From positions 3,627,373-3,691,372 of the forward strand of contig OZ242265.1 in NCBI GenBank assembly GCA_965207165.1: DNA of 64,000 bases. The letters run 5' to 3'. Below are positions 29,353-39,047 of this stretch, piece after piece (the stretch's first letter is position 1; each line of letters starts with the position of its first letter). Position numbers and translations under genes: made by a program. The notes under the pieces are model-generated. The model made no database searches, had not been told where the DNA came from, and saw only the letters and a list, made by a program, of their open reading frames with translations. Source of the stretch: Gammaproteobacteria bacterium. GTDB lineage: Bacteria; Pseudomonadota; Gammaproteobacteria; Eutrophobiales; Eutrophobiaceae.

Positions 29353-30564
29353 ATGAGTGCAGCTGTAGTTGGGGAGCGCCGCTGGGCCAGGACTTATCCC
29401 TGGCTGGGTGAGGACCCCGTTCCGACCGAACCCTGTATTTCACAGGACATCTATCGCCAGGAGGTGGAGAAGGTGTTCAAAAAGGTCTGGCTGCACGTGG
29501 GCCGGGACAATGAATTACCTGAACCCGGTTGCTACAAGCTCAAGCGGCTGGATTTTGCCAGTACCACGGTGTTGCTGATACGGGGCAAAGACGGTGTAAT
29601 ACGGGCATTCCATAACACCTGCTCCCATAGAGGGAACACGGTCGTGGTGCCGGAAGGGGAATGGGACAACTTCGGTCAGAAGGCGGCCTTCTCCTGCCGT
29701 TTCCATGCCTGGACCTACAACGATAAGGGCGAGCTTATCGGCGCCCAGGAAGAGACCGGTATGCCGCCCTGTTTCCGCAAATCGGAAAACGGTCTGACGC
29801 CGATCAACTGCGATACCTGGGAAGGGTTCATCTTTATCAACCTGGATGAGAAGCCATCAGTTGGACTGCACGAGTACCTGGGGGAGATGGGCGTACATTT
29901 TTCCGGTTTTCCCTACCGCGAAATCACCCACAATTTTACCTATTACACGTACCTGAACTGCAACTGGAAGGTGGGACTGGATGCCTTTGCCGAAGCCTAT
30001 CATGTGAATACCATCCATGCGGGCTCGTTCCCGGGCACCTTTTCAACCGGCCTGCAGATGATCAAGCTGCTGGGCGACCATCGTACCACTGCAGTCTGCT
30101 TCAACCCGCCCAAGGATGCGCCGCCCGTGGCATCGCTGGCCCAGGCCAAAGCCAGGGGCTCACTGGTGAACAACGTCAGGGAAACGATACTGCCGCCTAC
30201 CCTGAATGATGAGAAGCGCGACGATTATGCATTCGAGCTGAGCGTGTTCTTTCCGAACTGGCTGTTGCACGTATCGGAAGGTATCTGGTTCACCCACCAG
30301 TTCTGGCCCATCAGTTATGACCGGTGCCTGTGGGAAGGGAAGTATCACGTCATGGAACCAACCACCAACAGTGAGAAATGGGCGCTGGAACACGCCATGG
30401 TGGTACAGCGCAACGCCTGGCTGGAAGATACGGCAACCATGGAGGGGACTTTCTTCGCGCTGAATTCCGGCAGCAAGAAGCACATGAACCTGCATGATGA
30501 GGAGATCCTCGTCAGGCACGGTTATCACGTACTGGAGAAATACCTGGACAAGGAAAACCCTTGA
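29353..30564 (+). CDS. Rieske [2Fe-2S] non-heme-iron ring-hydroxylating oxygenase alpha subunit (copy 1).
   Basis: The CSHRG...CRFHAWTY Rieske motif. The ATG at 29353 is preceded by GGAGGAGGAGGAG. Confidence 0.85.
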   Translation: MSAAVVGERRWARTYPWLGEDPVPTEPCISQDIYRQEVEKVFKKVWLHVGRDNELPEPGCYKLKRLDFASTTVLLIRGKDGVIRAFHNTCSHRGNTVVVPEGEWDNFGQKAAFSCRFHAWTYNDKGELIGAQEETGMPPCFRKSENGLTPINCDTWEGFIFINLDEKPSVGLHEYLGEMGVHFSGFPYREITHNFTYYTYLNCNWKVGLDAFAEAYHVNTIHAGSFPGTFSTGLQMIKLLGDHRTTAVCFNPPKDAPPVASLAQAKARGSLVNNVRETILPPTLNDEKRDDYAFELSVFFPNWLLHVSEGIWFTHQFWPISYDRCLWEGKYHVMEPTTNSEKWALEHAMVVQRNAWLEDTATMEGTFFALNSGSKKHMNLHDEEILVRHGYHVLEKYLDKENP

Positions 30565-30902
30565 TGAAACTGCTGCCGCAAGGGTTTGAAGATCTGGAAA
30601 CCTGGGCAGGCGCATGGGCCTTGCCCACCCAGAACACCCGTTGGGATAAACGGCTGGTATCGACCAGGGAAGAGTTGATCGCCTTCTACAACGCCATCCT
30701 GCCCCACCTGGAACGCATCCTCGATCACGTGGACAAGTATCCTTTGGGGGAGTTACCGGAACAGTCTGCAAGACTGTTTGACTTGGCGCTCATGCACGCC
30801 GAAATCGCGCCCAACGTGGAACTGTACGATGGCGACCCGGATGTGCCCCACAGTTTCGAGGAAAAACGCTTTATTGCCGTGCACGGCAATGACAGGCATT
30901 GA
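30561..30902 (+). CDS. Conserved 113-aa partner protein of unknown family, translationally coupled to Rieske alpha copy 1.
   Basis: TGATG overlap with the upstream stop. A clear paralog of 33769-34119 (LP-QF--LE...FY-A-LP-L---L...L...AP...LYD...P-SF...RF-A-HG). Confidence 0.55.
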   Translation: MMKLLPQGFEDLETWAGAWALPTQNTRWDKRLVSTREELIAFYNAILPHLERILDHVDKYPLGELPEQSARLFDLALMHAEIAPNVELYDGDPDVPHSFEEKRFIAVHGNDRH

Positions 30903-30904
30903 TC

Positions 30905-31381
30905 ATGACTACAGAAATTGAAAAACAGGTCGCCTGGTTGACGGCGAACGAACACATCAGGAGCGTCATAGCGCGATACGCAAAAGCGGGGGATGATCAA
31001 AACAATCCCGAACAGATGCGCCAGGTGCTGGCGAAAGATGCGATCTGGGAAGCCAAGGGGTTCGGGAAGTTTACCGGCAGGGACGTCATTGCCGAGGAAT
31101 TATCGAAGATCGGCCGGGAGATGATCGTCTGGTCGTTGCACTATCCGGTTTCCCCCATAATCGATATCGCAGACGATCTCAACACGGCCCATGCCTTCTG
31201 GTGGTTGTGGGAACTGACGACCATGCGCGGCGAGGAAGGCGACGAGGAAAGCAACTGGCTGGCGGCTACCTACGAATGTGATTTCATCCGGGCCGCTGAC
31301 GGCTGGAAGATAAAACACCTGGTACTGGAGGTAAAAAAAGTCGTTCCATACCAGGATGTACCCAGTGAAATAGCACCTTGA
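30905..31381 (+). CDS. SnoaL-like/NTF2-like protein; a possible beta-subunit substitute.
   Basis: An IRSVIARYAKAGDD N-terminal SnoaL_4-type block; it overlaps the upstream stop. Confidence 0.55.
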   Translation: MTTEIEKQVAWLTANEHIRSVIARYAKAGDDQNNPEQMRQVLAKDAIWEAKGFGKFTGRDVIAEELSKIGREMIVWSLHYPVSPIIDIADDLNTAHAFWWLWELTTMRGEEGDEESNWLAATYECDFIRAADGWKIKHLVLEVKKVVPYQDVPSEIAP

Positions 31382-31403
31382 TACTTTTGAAGGAGGTTCT
31401 CCC

Positions 31404-32531
31404 ATGGCTGTTAAAGCTGACGAATACATCCGCATTGATCGAACCCGGCAACTGGGCCAGGAACCCGAAACGGGACACAACCGCTGGCACCCGGATATCA
31501 AACCGGTAGCCGAGGTCGACCCGGGCCAGGTCATCGGCATGGAAACGCGGGATGCTCTTGACGGGCAATACAATCATGCAACCACGGCTGCACAGGTAGC
31601 CGACTCCAACCTGAACCTGGTGCATCCCCTGACCGGTCCCGTTTATGTTAACGGCGCCGAACCCGGTGACATCCTGGAAGTCAAGGTCCTTGAAGTGGCG
31701 CCGGAACCGTTCGGCTTTACCGTGCAGGTGCCGGGTTTCGGCTTCCTGCGCGACCTGTTCACGGAACCCTATATCATCCACTGGGATATCGCCGATGGTT
31801 TCGCCACTTCGGCGGATTTGCCCGGTGTGACAATCCCGGGCGCGCCTTTCATGGGTGTCATGGGCACGGCGCCGTCCCATGAACTGCTGGAACAGATCAA
31901 CAGGCGGGAAGCCGACTTGCAGGCCCGCGGTGGCATGGTCCTGCTACCCGACACGGCCGATGCCGTTCCCCGGGAACCGGGCATTGCCGGCAAGGCCGTA
32001 CGCACCATTGCCCCCCATGAAACCGGCGGTAACGTGGATATCAAACAGTTGACAGCCGGCACCACGGTACGCTTCCCCGTGTATACACCGGGAGCCCTGT
32101 TCTCGGTGGGCGATTCCCATTTCGCCCAGGGGGACAATGAAAGTTGCGGCACCGCGGTGGAGATGAGCGCGACGTTTTACGGCTCTTTCAAGCTGCTGAA
32201 AGGGGAAGCGGCGAAACGCAATATAACGGACTTGCAGTTCTACCGGGATGATTACTTCACTGCGCCGGAGATGGCGGTTCCGCAACGCTTTTTTGCGACC
32301 ACCGGCCAGTCCTTCAGCAAAGACGGACGGGCGGAATCGGAGGAGACCACCCTGGCGGCGCGCAATGCCTTGCTCAACATGATCGAATACCTGGTCAGCG
32401 AACGGGGCTACAGCGAGCAGCAGGCGTACGCGATATGCAGCGTCGCGGTGGACCTGAGGATATCGGAAATGGTGGACGTGCCAAATTTCGTTGTCTCAGC
32501 CTTCCTGCCCCTGGATATCTTTACGGAATAA
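31404..32531 (+). CDS. Formamidase/acetamidase (FmdA_AmdA family).
   Basis: A GHNRWHPDI block and full-length similarity to FmdA; GGAGG RBS. Confidence 0.8.
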   Translation: MAVKADEYIRIDRTRQLGQEPETGHNRWHPDIKPVAEVDPGQVIGMETRDALDGQYNHATTAAQVADSNLNLVHPLTGPVYVNGAEPGDILEVKVLEVAPEPFGFTVQVPGFGFLRDLFTEPYIIHWDIADGFATSADLPGVTIPGAPFMGVMGTAPSHELLEQINRREADLQARGGMVLLPDTADAVPREPGIAGKAVRTIAPHETGGNVDIKQLTAGTTVRFPVYTPGALFSVGDSHFAQGDNESCGTAVEMSATFYGSFKLLKGEAAKRNITDLQFYRDDYFTAPEMAVPQRFFATTGQSFSKDGRAESEETTLAARNALLNMIEYLVSERGYSEQQAYAICSVAVDLRISEMVDVPNFVVSAFLPLDIFTE

Positions 32532-32536
32532 ACAGC

Positions 32537-33772
32537 ATGGCGGCGTCCGCCGATCAGGTAAGGCAGGCAATGCCGTTCACCACCCGCTATCCTGAACTGG
32601 GTACGGGCCCGGTGGATGTCAGGCCGATGATCGACCCGGAGTTGTTCGAACTGGAACGGGAGCGCATCTTCGGGCAGGCCTGGCTCTACGTAGCCCGGGC
32701 CGAAGAACTGGCTGAGCCCGGCGACTACAAACTGCGCCGTCTGGACGTGGCGAATACCTCCGTGATTATCGTCCGGGACAAAAGCGGCGAAATTCATGCC
32801 TTTCATAATATCTGTACCCATCGCGGCAACAAGCTTATCCCGGAGCAGGACGCGCAATCACTGGGACATACGCCTACGCATAGCCTGACCTGCCGATTTC
32901 ATGCCTGGACCTTCAATACCGATGGCACATTACGCGGGGTAGCGCGCCATGAGAGTTTTGCCGGCCTGGACAAATCCTGCCTGGGACTGAAGCGGATACA
33001 CTGCGCCGAGTGGGAAGGCTTCATCTTTATCAACCTTGCCCAACAGCCGCGGCAGAACCTGGTAGAGTACCTGGACGGCATGGCGGACCACTTCGCCGGA
33101 TACCCGTACCACGAAGCGACCTTGCGGTTCCGTTACTCGGCCGTGTTGAACTGCAACTGGAAAGTAGCCCTGTATGCCTTTTCGGAGGCGTATCATGTCC
33201 CCACCATTCACAAGGGCACGTTTCCCAGCCTGGCCAAACTGGAACATACCGAGATCAAGTGTTTCGGACCACACAGCACGTCCGGTATTTATGTGCCCCC
33301 GGTACCCGGTCTGGAACCGACCCCGGTGACGGCAAACCTGGGCGGCCGGCTGAGGACTTCGGAACGGCACAGACCTCACCTTGAGTTGTTGCCGGAAAAC
33401 ATCAACCGGGACAAACGGGGTGACTTCCAGTTTGAATTCCCCGTATTCTTCCCCAATTTTTTACTGCACCTGGGCGCGGGGAACGGTTATCCGGGTATGG
33501 CCTTTTTTACCCACCAGTTCTGGCCCATCTCGGTAGACAGGACCCTGTGGGAAGGCACGAACTTTTTCAGGCCGCCTGAAACCGTGAGCGAACGGATTGC
33601 AATCGCGCATGTCAACGCGTTACACCGCAATGCCTGGCTCGAAGACACCTCGACCATGGAGGACACTTACCAGGCCCTGGCATCCGGCGTACTGGAAGAA
33701 ATGGTCTTGATGGATGAGGAACTGATGATCAGGAACACCCATAAACACTGGCACGATTACATGGGTTTATGA
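32537..33772 (+). CDS. Rieske non-heme-iron oxygenase alpha subunit (copy 2).
   Basis: The CTHRG...CRFHAWTF Rieske motif and paralogy to 29353-30564. The ATG at 32537 lies just after the formamidase stop. Confidence 0.85.
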   Translation: MAASADQVRQAMPFTTRYPELGTGPVDVRPMIDPELFELERERIFGQAWLYVARAEELAEPGDYKLRRLDVANTSVIIVRDKSGEIHAFHNICTHRGNKLIPEQDAQSLGHTPTHSLTCRFHAWTFNTDGTLRGVARHESFAGLDKSCLGLKRIHCAEWEGFIFINLAQQPRQNLVEYLDGMADHFAGYPYHEATLRFRYSAVLNCNWKVALYAFSEAYHVPTIHKGTFPSLAKLEHTEIKCFGPHSTSGIYVPPVPGLEPTPVTANLGGRLRTSERHRPHLELLPENINRDKRGDFQFEFPVFFPNFLLHLGAGNGYPGMAFFTHQFWPISVDRTLWEGTNFFRPPETVSERIAIAHVNALHRNAWLEDTSTMEDTYQALASGVLEEMVLMDEELMIRNTHKHWHDYMGL

Positions 33773-34119
33773 GAACTGTGACGACCTTGCCTGAGCAGTT
33801 TTCCGGTTTGGAGCCGTTTGTGGGGCCCTGGGCCTTTCCCGCCGAACTGCAGCGTTCACAACAGCGCTGGAACGCGGGTCCTGATGACTACCAGGAATTT
33901 TATGAGGCTATGTTGCCGTTGCTGGACCAGGTCTTGGAGTACTTGGATCAATTCAAGCCCGGGCAGGTCCCGGAACATGCATTGCCGCTTTATTACCTGA
34001 CTCTTGCGTTCGCCGAAGCCGCGCCCCACAACGAGTTGTACGATTGCAGTAACACCGTCCCGAACAGTTTTGACGCGCACCGGTTTGTCGCCGCTCACGG
34101 CGAAAATATCGACCGATAG
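33769..34119 (+). CDS. Conserved 116-aa partner protein (copy 2), coupled to Rieske alpha copy 2 by an ATGA overlap.
   Basis: A paralog of 30561-30902. Confidence 0.55.
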   Translation: MRTVTTLPEQFSGLEPFVGPWAFPAELQRSQQRWNAGPDDYQEFYEAMLPLLDQVLEYLDQFKPGQVPEHALPLYYLTLAFAEAAPHNELYDCSNTVPNSFDAHRFVAAHGENIDR

Positions 34120-34126
34120 AACTCCA

Positions 34127-34173
34127 CCGTCATTCCCGCGCAAGCGGGAACCCAGGCTCTACGGGAATGACGG
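34127..34173. repeat. REP-like palindromic element, family B copy 2 (ccgtcattcccgcgcaagcgggaa...gggaatgacgg).
   Basis: A nested inverted repeat lying between convergent gene ends. Confidence 0.7.
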
Positions 34174-34183
34174 GAAGCTGAGA

Positions 34184-34672
34184 CTACTCTTCGAAATTGC
34201 CGGCTATAGTGGCAAGGCCGCCATCGTAGATACCGCTGATGACTTCTTTGGCCTCGTCATCCGTGGCGCCCTCGGACATGAACGACGATGACCAGTTGAT
34301 GGTTGTGCTCCCGGCATCTCCCACGGCCTCAAAAGTCGAACTGTAATCCTTGACCGGTAACGGACCTTCGATGATCGTGTAGGAATACCCGCTAGCCGTA
34401 GCGCCATCATGCCTTTCCTTGATCTGTGCCCCGTCCCCCAGGGTGAGAATCCGGTAGGTGGTGCCGTCCTCATCGCTTATTTCGCAGGTTTCGACAGCAG
34501 GATGCCAGACGCTGATGGCACAGAAATCGCCCGCATATCCCCAGACATCGTCAAGCCCGGCATTGATGGTCATCGATTTACTGACCTCAAGCATCGGGGC
34601 TGGCTGCTCGCTGCTGCAACCTGATAGAATCAATAGCATCGCTGCTGGTAGAATAAGTTTGAATAGTTTCAT
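34184..34672 (-). CDS. SRPBCC (Bet v1-like) lipoprotein.
   Basis: A lipobox LILSGCSS and polyketide-cyclase/SRPBCC-like composition. Confidence 0.55.
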   Translation of the reverse strand: MKLFKLILPAAMLLILSGCSSEQPAPMLEVSKSMTINAGLDDVWGYAGDFCAISVWHPAVETCEISDEDGTTYRILTLGDGAQIKERHDGATASGYSYTIIEGPLPVKDYSSTFEAVGDAGSTTINWSSSFMSEGATDDEAKEVISGIYDGGLATIAGNFEE

Positions 34673-34780
34673 GCTAAGCTCCTTTGTGTTATGGACTCAG
34701 GATATTTTTCCTGATTGCGGGATTATAGGGCAATACAATCAAGGATCATACAGGAAATTTCCCCGTTCCCGGTTGAAATA

Positions 34781-36073
34781 ATGACATCAGAATTACATCG
34801 TCTCAATCTTGCTGAAGCCGCCCGGGGCATTGCCGGCGGCGTGTTTACCCCGGTTGACCTGGTGACCGCCTGTCTTGAACGGATTCATGCAAGAGAGGAC
34901 CAGGTCAAGGCCTGGGCCTGGCTTGACCCCGACCAGGCGCTGGCCCGGGCACGGGCCTGTAATGGGCGGCCCGCAACAACGCCGTTGCACGGCATCCCCA
35001 TCGGCGTCAAGGATATTATCGACACGGCGGACATGCCGACCTGTTACGGGTCACAGGTTTTTCAGGGGCACTACCCCGCTGAAGACGCAGAGTGCATCCG
35101 CCTGCTGAAACAGGCAGGGGCGGTTATCATGGGGAAAACCGTGACCACTGAGTTTGCTTTTTATGCACCGGGTAAAACCGCCAATCCCCATGCCCTGGAC
35201 CACACGCCGGGCGGGTCTTCCAGCGGTTCCGCGGCAGCAGTGGCTGATTTTCATGTGCCGCTTGCCCTGGGCACGCAAACCTCGGGTTCCATCATCAGGC
35301 CCGCAAGTTTTAACGGTGTTTTCGGCTGCAAGCCGACGTATAACTCTTATTCACTCGACGGCATCCATCCCCTGGCGCCGGAACTCGATACCCTGGGCGC
35401 GTTCAGCCGGTCGCCTGCAGACCTTGCCCTGTTGCATGGCGTGTTGGCGCAACAGGAAACCGGGACGCCGGGCGCAGTGCGGCCCGCTACGGTTGCCGTT
35501 GTCCGCACCCCGGCCTGGGATGAGGCCGCGGCCGAGGTACAGGACAGTATGCTTGACTTCGCTGGACGGTTACGGCAGGCGGGCATTGACGTGGTTGAAG
35601 CGGATGAAGACCTGCTGAACGGCATGATGGCAGTACAGCAGGCGTACCTTGCCCGCGGCGCCGCGGCCTTCCTGGGACATATTACGGATCGGCACCCGGA
35701 CCAGGTGCGCCCGCAGACCCGGGACCTGGTTGTGGAGGGCCGCCGGGTGGACAAGTCATTCGATGCCGGGCTGAATGACGCCCTGGCCAGGGGAGAGCGT
35801 TTCCTGTCAGGCGTTTTTTCCCGGGCAGACCTGGTCATAACCCCCGGTGCGCCGGGCGGCGCTCCGGCGGGCCTGCACAATACCGGCAACCCCATGTTCA
35901 ACAGGATCTGGACTTTTCTGCAGACCCCCTGTATGAATCTGCCGCTGACAACAAGCGCTGACGGGCTGCCCATCGGCATACAACTGGTTTGCAACAGGCA
36001 GGAAGATGGACGGTTATTTGCTTACTCGGCTTACCTGCAGAATTTAACCGGGTATGATATTGAACAACCTTGA
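34781..36073 (+). CDS. Amidase-signature family amidase.
   Basis: GGSSSGSAAAVA AS-signature; the ORF is open from a TTG at 34715. Confidence 0.8.
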   Translation: MTSELHRLNLAEAARGIAGGVFTPVDLVTACLERIHAREDQVKAWAWLDPDQALARARACNGRPATTPLHGIPIGVKDIIDTADMPTCYGSQVFQGHYPAEDAECIRLLKQAGAVIMGKTVTTEFAFYAPGKTANPHALDHTPGGSSSGSAAAVADFHVPLALGTQTSGSIIRPASFNGVFGCKPTYNSYSLDGIHPLAPELDTLGAFSRSPADLALLHGVLAQQETGTPGAVRPATVAVVRTPAWDEAAAEVQDSMLDFAGRLRQAGIDVVEADEDLLNGMMAVQQAYLARGAAAFLGHITDRHPDQVRPQTRDLVVEGRRVDKSFDAGLNDALARGERFLSGVFSRADLVITPGAPGGAPAGLHNTGNPMFNRIWTFLQTPCMNLPLTTSADGLPIGIQLVCNRQEDGRLFAYSAYLQNLTGYDIEQP

Positions 36074-36079
36074 GGGAGA

Positions 36080-37429
36080 GTGATAATGACAACCTTGAAC
36101 ACCAGAGACGTTCCATTGAGCCGGGAACAACGGCAGTGGTACGAGGCTGCCTGCGATAAAATTGACCTGGCGCGCCTGAAGCAACTGATCTTCGACCTGA
36201 CTGGCAAACACAGTCCCACCGGCGCCGAGCGGGAGGCTTGTGAATTCATGACCGATTACCTGAACAGCGTCGGGATCAGGGCGCATTATCAACCGATTAC
36301 GGATATCTCGGGCAACTGTTACGGCCGGGTAAAAGGATCGGGCGACGGTCCCACGCTGATGCTGTACGCCCCTGTCGACACACTGCTGGAAGGGGACCCG
36401 GAACAGGATTTGCCCCACGCCGGCCCGGAACACCGGGCCGACATGCGGCCCGAGCCCTATATCGACGGCGACCTGGTCATCGGCCTGGGCGCATCCAACC
36501 CGAAATCCATGGTCGCCCTGTTGACCGAGGCATTGACCTGTGTTGTGGAAGCGGAGGTGGAGTTGAAAGGCGATGTGGTCATCGCCACGGCAGGCGGGGG
36601 GATGCCCTGGATTGTTCCTGAACGCAACCACACGGGCATCAGCAACGGCGTGAACCACCTGCTGTCCCACGGCGTAACCGCGGATTTCGGCGTGATCTGC
36701 AAACCCTGGGATGATATTTATTATGAACACCCGGGCATGGTCTGGTTCAAGGTAACCGTCTGGGGGACCATGGGTTACGCCGGCATTCCCCGCGGGGTGC
36801 CGGGTTTCCGCAGTTCTATCATTCCCGCAGCGAAGGTTATCCTGGACCTGGAGGAATGGTTGATAGAGTACCCGGAAAAACATACCAGCGACCAGGTAAA
36901 ACCTGAGGGCTGGATTTCCGCGCTACGCTGCGGCTGGCCTGATAAACCCGCGTTTCCGGGCGCGGCGACTGAAATCTGGCTCGATGTGCGCACCAGTCCC
37001 CTGCAGAAGGCGGCCCAGGTTGAGCGGGAATTCGACCAGGTCATGAAAGCCATCCTGGACAAACATCCTGATGTGGAGGCGGAATGGGAGACCGTCGTGA
37101 CCTGTGACGCAGCATCGACCGACCCGGACCACTGGGTGGTGCAGTCGGCCCTGCGGGCCTGGCAGGAAGTGCACGGCAAACCGTATCCCGGCGCCCCGCA
37201 CATGGCGGGACAGACAGATGCCGCAACCATCAACCGGACCGGTTTCCCCCTGGTGCGTATAGGCTATGCCTGGCTGGGCGAAGCCGATACGCCGCCGGAA
37301 TTTACCGAGGGTCTGGGCGGCATGGGTGTCATCCGGGTACCCGATTTGGAAATTTCCATCAGGGAAGCGATCTATACTGTTATTGATTCCTGTACCCGGA
37401 CGCGGGCGGAAGTCGGACTGACAGATTGA
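36080..37429 (+). CDS. M20-family metallopeptidase/deacylase (ArgE/DapE-like amidohydrolase).
   Basis: Size and motifs (metal-binding His/Asp blocks, GDGPTLMLYAPVDT). Confidence 0.65.
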   Translation: MIMTTLNTRDVPLSREQRQWYEAACDKIDLARLKQLIFDLTGKHSPTGAEREACEFMTDYLNSVGIRAHYQPITDISGNCYGRVKGSGDGPTLMLYAPVDTLLEGDPEQDLPHAGPEHRADMRPEPYIDGDLVIGLGASNPKSMVALLTEALTCVVEAEVELKGDVVIATAGGGMPWIVPERNHTGISNGVNHLLSHGVTADFGVICKPWDDIYYEHPGMVWFKVTVWGTMGYAGIPRGVPGFRSSIIPAAKVILDLEEWLIEYPEKHTSDQVKPEGWISALRCGWPDKPAFPGAATEIWLDVRTSPLQKAAQVEREFDQVMKAILDKHPDVEAEWETVVTCDAASTDPDHWVVQSALRAWQEVHGKPYPGAPHMAGQTDAATINRTGFPLVRIGYAWLGEADTPPEFTEGLGGMGVIRVPDLEISIREAIYTVIDSCTRTRAEVGLTD

Positions 37430-37454
37430 GAAACTGCTGCGGAGGAGGAGACAA

Positions 37455-37892
37455 ATGCCATTAACCGACCTGCATCACGTGGCGTTGAGAACAAAGGACC
37501 TTACGGCCAGTGAACATTTCTACACGCAAGTGCTCGGCATGGAAAAAGTGGACCGGCCGGATTTCGATTTCCCCGGCGCCTGGTTACAGATGGGGGAGAC
37601 CATGTTTCACCTGATGGCCGGCTACGCAGCCCTGGGCCCGGACGGCGAAATTTCCCGCGGCAGCGGCGCCGTCGACCACCTGGCAATCAAGGCGCAGGGT
37701 TTTGATGAGATGCGTGATAAATTCGAAGGCTCGGGTATCACGTACAAGGAAAACAATATACCGGATTTCGCTATCTGGCAGCTGTTTGTCAACGACCCGG
37801 ACGGCGTCATCATAGAATTGAATTTCCACTGCGCCGACGAACCGCAAGATTCCAGAGGCCCTGGACGGGCCACGCTGAGCAAAACCACCTGA
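37455..37892 (+). CDS. VOC/glyoxalase-family protein.
   Basis: HHVALRTKDL...FYTQVLGM glyoxalase fold blocks. Confidence 0.75.
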   Translation: MPLTDLHHVALRTKDLTASEHFYTQVLGMEKVDRPDFDFPGAWLQMGETMFHLMAGYAALGPDGEISRGSGAVDHLAIKAQGFDEMRDKFEGSGITYKENNIPDFAIWQLFVNDPDGVIIELNFHCADEPQDSRGPGRATLSKTT

Positions 37893-37947
37893 GAGAACAG
37901 AAAATTGGGGTCAGTGCAAATACACTGACCCCATACGTTACCGCGTT

Positions 37948-37976
37948 CGTCGTTCCTGCTTGCGCAGGAATGACGG
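37948..37976. repeat. REP-like palindromic element, family B copy 3 (cgtcgttcctgcttgcgcaggaatgacgg).
   Basis: The canonical copy, lying between convergent gene ends. Confidence 0.75.
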
Positions 37977-38315
37977 TTATTCGATAGTTATATAAATATA
38001 CCCGTCTTCCCCCAGTCGGGTTTCGTACCTGTCCAGCGGGATCACGCAGGGGGGGTCGACGGGTTCTCCCGTCCTGATTTCGAATGAGCCTTCGTGGTAC
38101 GGGCAGACGACCTCGTCGCCCCTGATTTCACCGTCGGACAGGAACGCCTGGCCGTGGGTACATACGTCACTGGTGGCAAAGTATTCCCCTTCGAGGTTGT
38201 AGATGGCAACCGCGGTGTCGTCTTCCAGGTAGTGCTGCGTGACGGAGTTGGTCTCCAGTGCGTCATGCTTTATGGTTTTTACTTCTGGCATATCAGTTGG
38301 CATCGTAGGTTTCAA
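37977..38315 (-). CDS. Rieske-type [2Fe-2S] ferredoxin (oxygenase electron-transfer component).
   Basis: CTHGQ...CPYHEG (CXH...CXXH), about 110 aa. Confidence 0.8.
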   Translation of the reverse strand: MKPTMPTDMPEVKTIKHDALETNSVTQHYLEDDTAVAIYNLEGEYFATSDVCTHGQAFLSDGEIRGDEVVCPYHEGSFEIRTGEPVDPPCVIPLDRYETRLGEDGYIYITIE

Positions 38316-38919
38316 AGCGAAGCGGGGTAGGCTTATCGCCGTTCACCACCTCCGGCCAGGCACAGACCGACACCATCCAGGTCAGGTCCATTTCCGCCCT
38401 TAAATCAATATAATCCCCCGCCTTGGTAACAGGCGTGTCGATGAGCCAGTCCCCCTCCGGGGAGTAGATCACCGTCATGAAGACATTGAAACAGGCAACC
38501 GACTGCAGGTAGTTCGGGTCAATCCCGAGTTTACGGTATTCTTCCTGGATCGTATCGCGACAGCCGTTCTCATCCGAGCCCAGGTACAACCTGCGTGCGG
38601 CGTTGGAGCAGAAACCGCCACCGGTGTAATGGTTGGCGGTCCTGTCGCCGGCAATTGTCCACATGTCGTTCATGAGGTTGCTGCGGATAGTATCCCCTTC
38701 CTGCCATTTGTAGCGGCCGTGATGCCAGCTGGTGTAGACGCAATCCTGGAATTCATTGGGGTTGCCGGTTTTTACGGCGACAAAATCCGCCACCTGCTGT
38801 CCTTCCACGTCGATAATCCTCAGGGTTTGCCCTTTCCTTATATGCCCATGGCCGCCATGATGCGCCTGGATAGTGGTTGTATCGATCAATTTGCCCGGAG
38901 TATCACTCATATCTGCCAC
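38293..38919 (-). CDS. DUF1989 / urea-carboxylase-associated family protein.
   Basis: KGQTLRIIDVEGQQVADFVA family block. Confidence 0.65.
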   Translation of the reverse strand: MADMSDTPGKLIDTTTIQAHHGGHGHIRKGQTLRIIDVEGQQVADFVAVKTGNPNEFQDCVYTSWHHGRYKWQEGDTIRSNLMNDMWTIAGDRTANHYTGGGFCSNAARRLYLGSDENGCRDTIQEEYRKLGIDPNYLQSVACFNVFMTVIYSPEGDWLIDTPVTKAGDYIDLRAEMDLTWMVSVCAWPEVVNGDKPTPLRFETYDAN

Positions 38920-39047
38920 CTATTATGCTCAATAATTTTAACCAGGGTCCCTGTTCGGGTTAGTATGGGAACCTCTGGATTAAGACACACAGAGTTACCT
39001 ATAATACCTGATCCGTTGTTTTCTGTGATCCCGATATTGGACTGGAC

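Noticed and set aside
30561-30902. Calling the 113-aa partner a canonical Rieske dioxygenase beta subunit.
   Set aside because: It is too short and lacks the NTF2-like beta-subunit pattern. It is kept as an unknown partner family.
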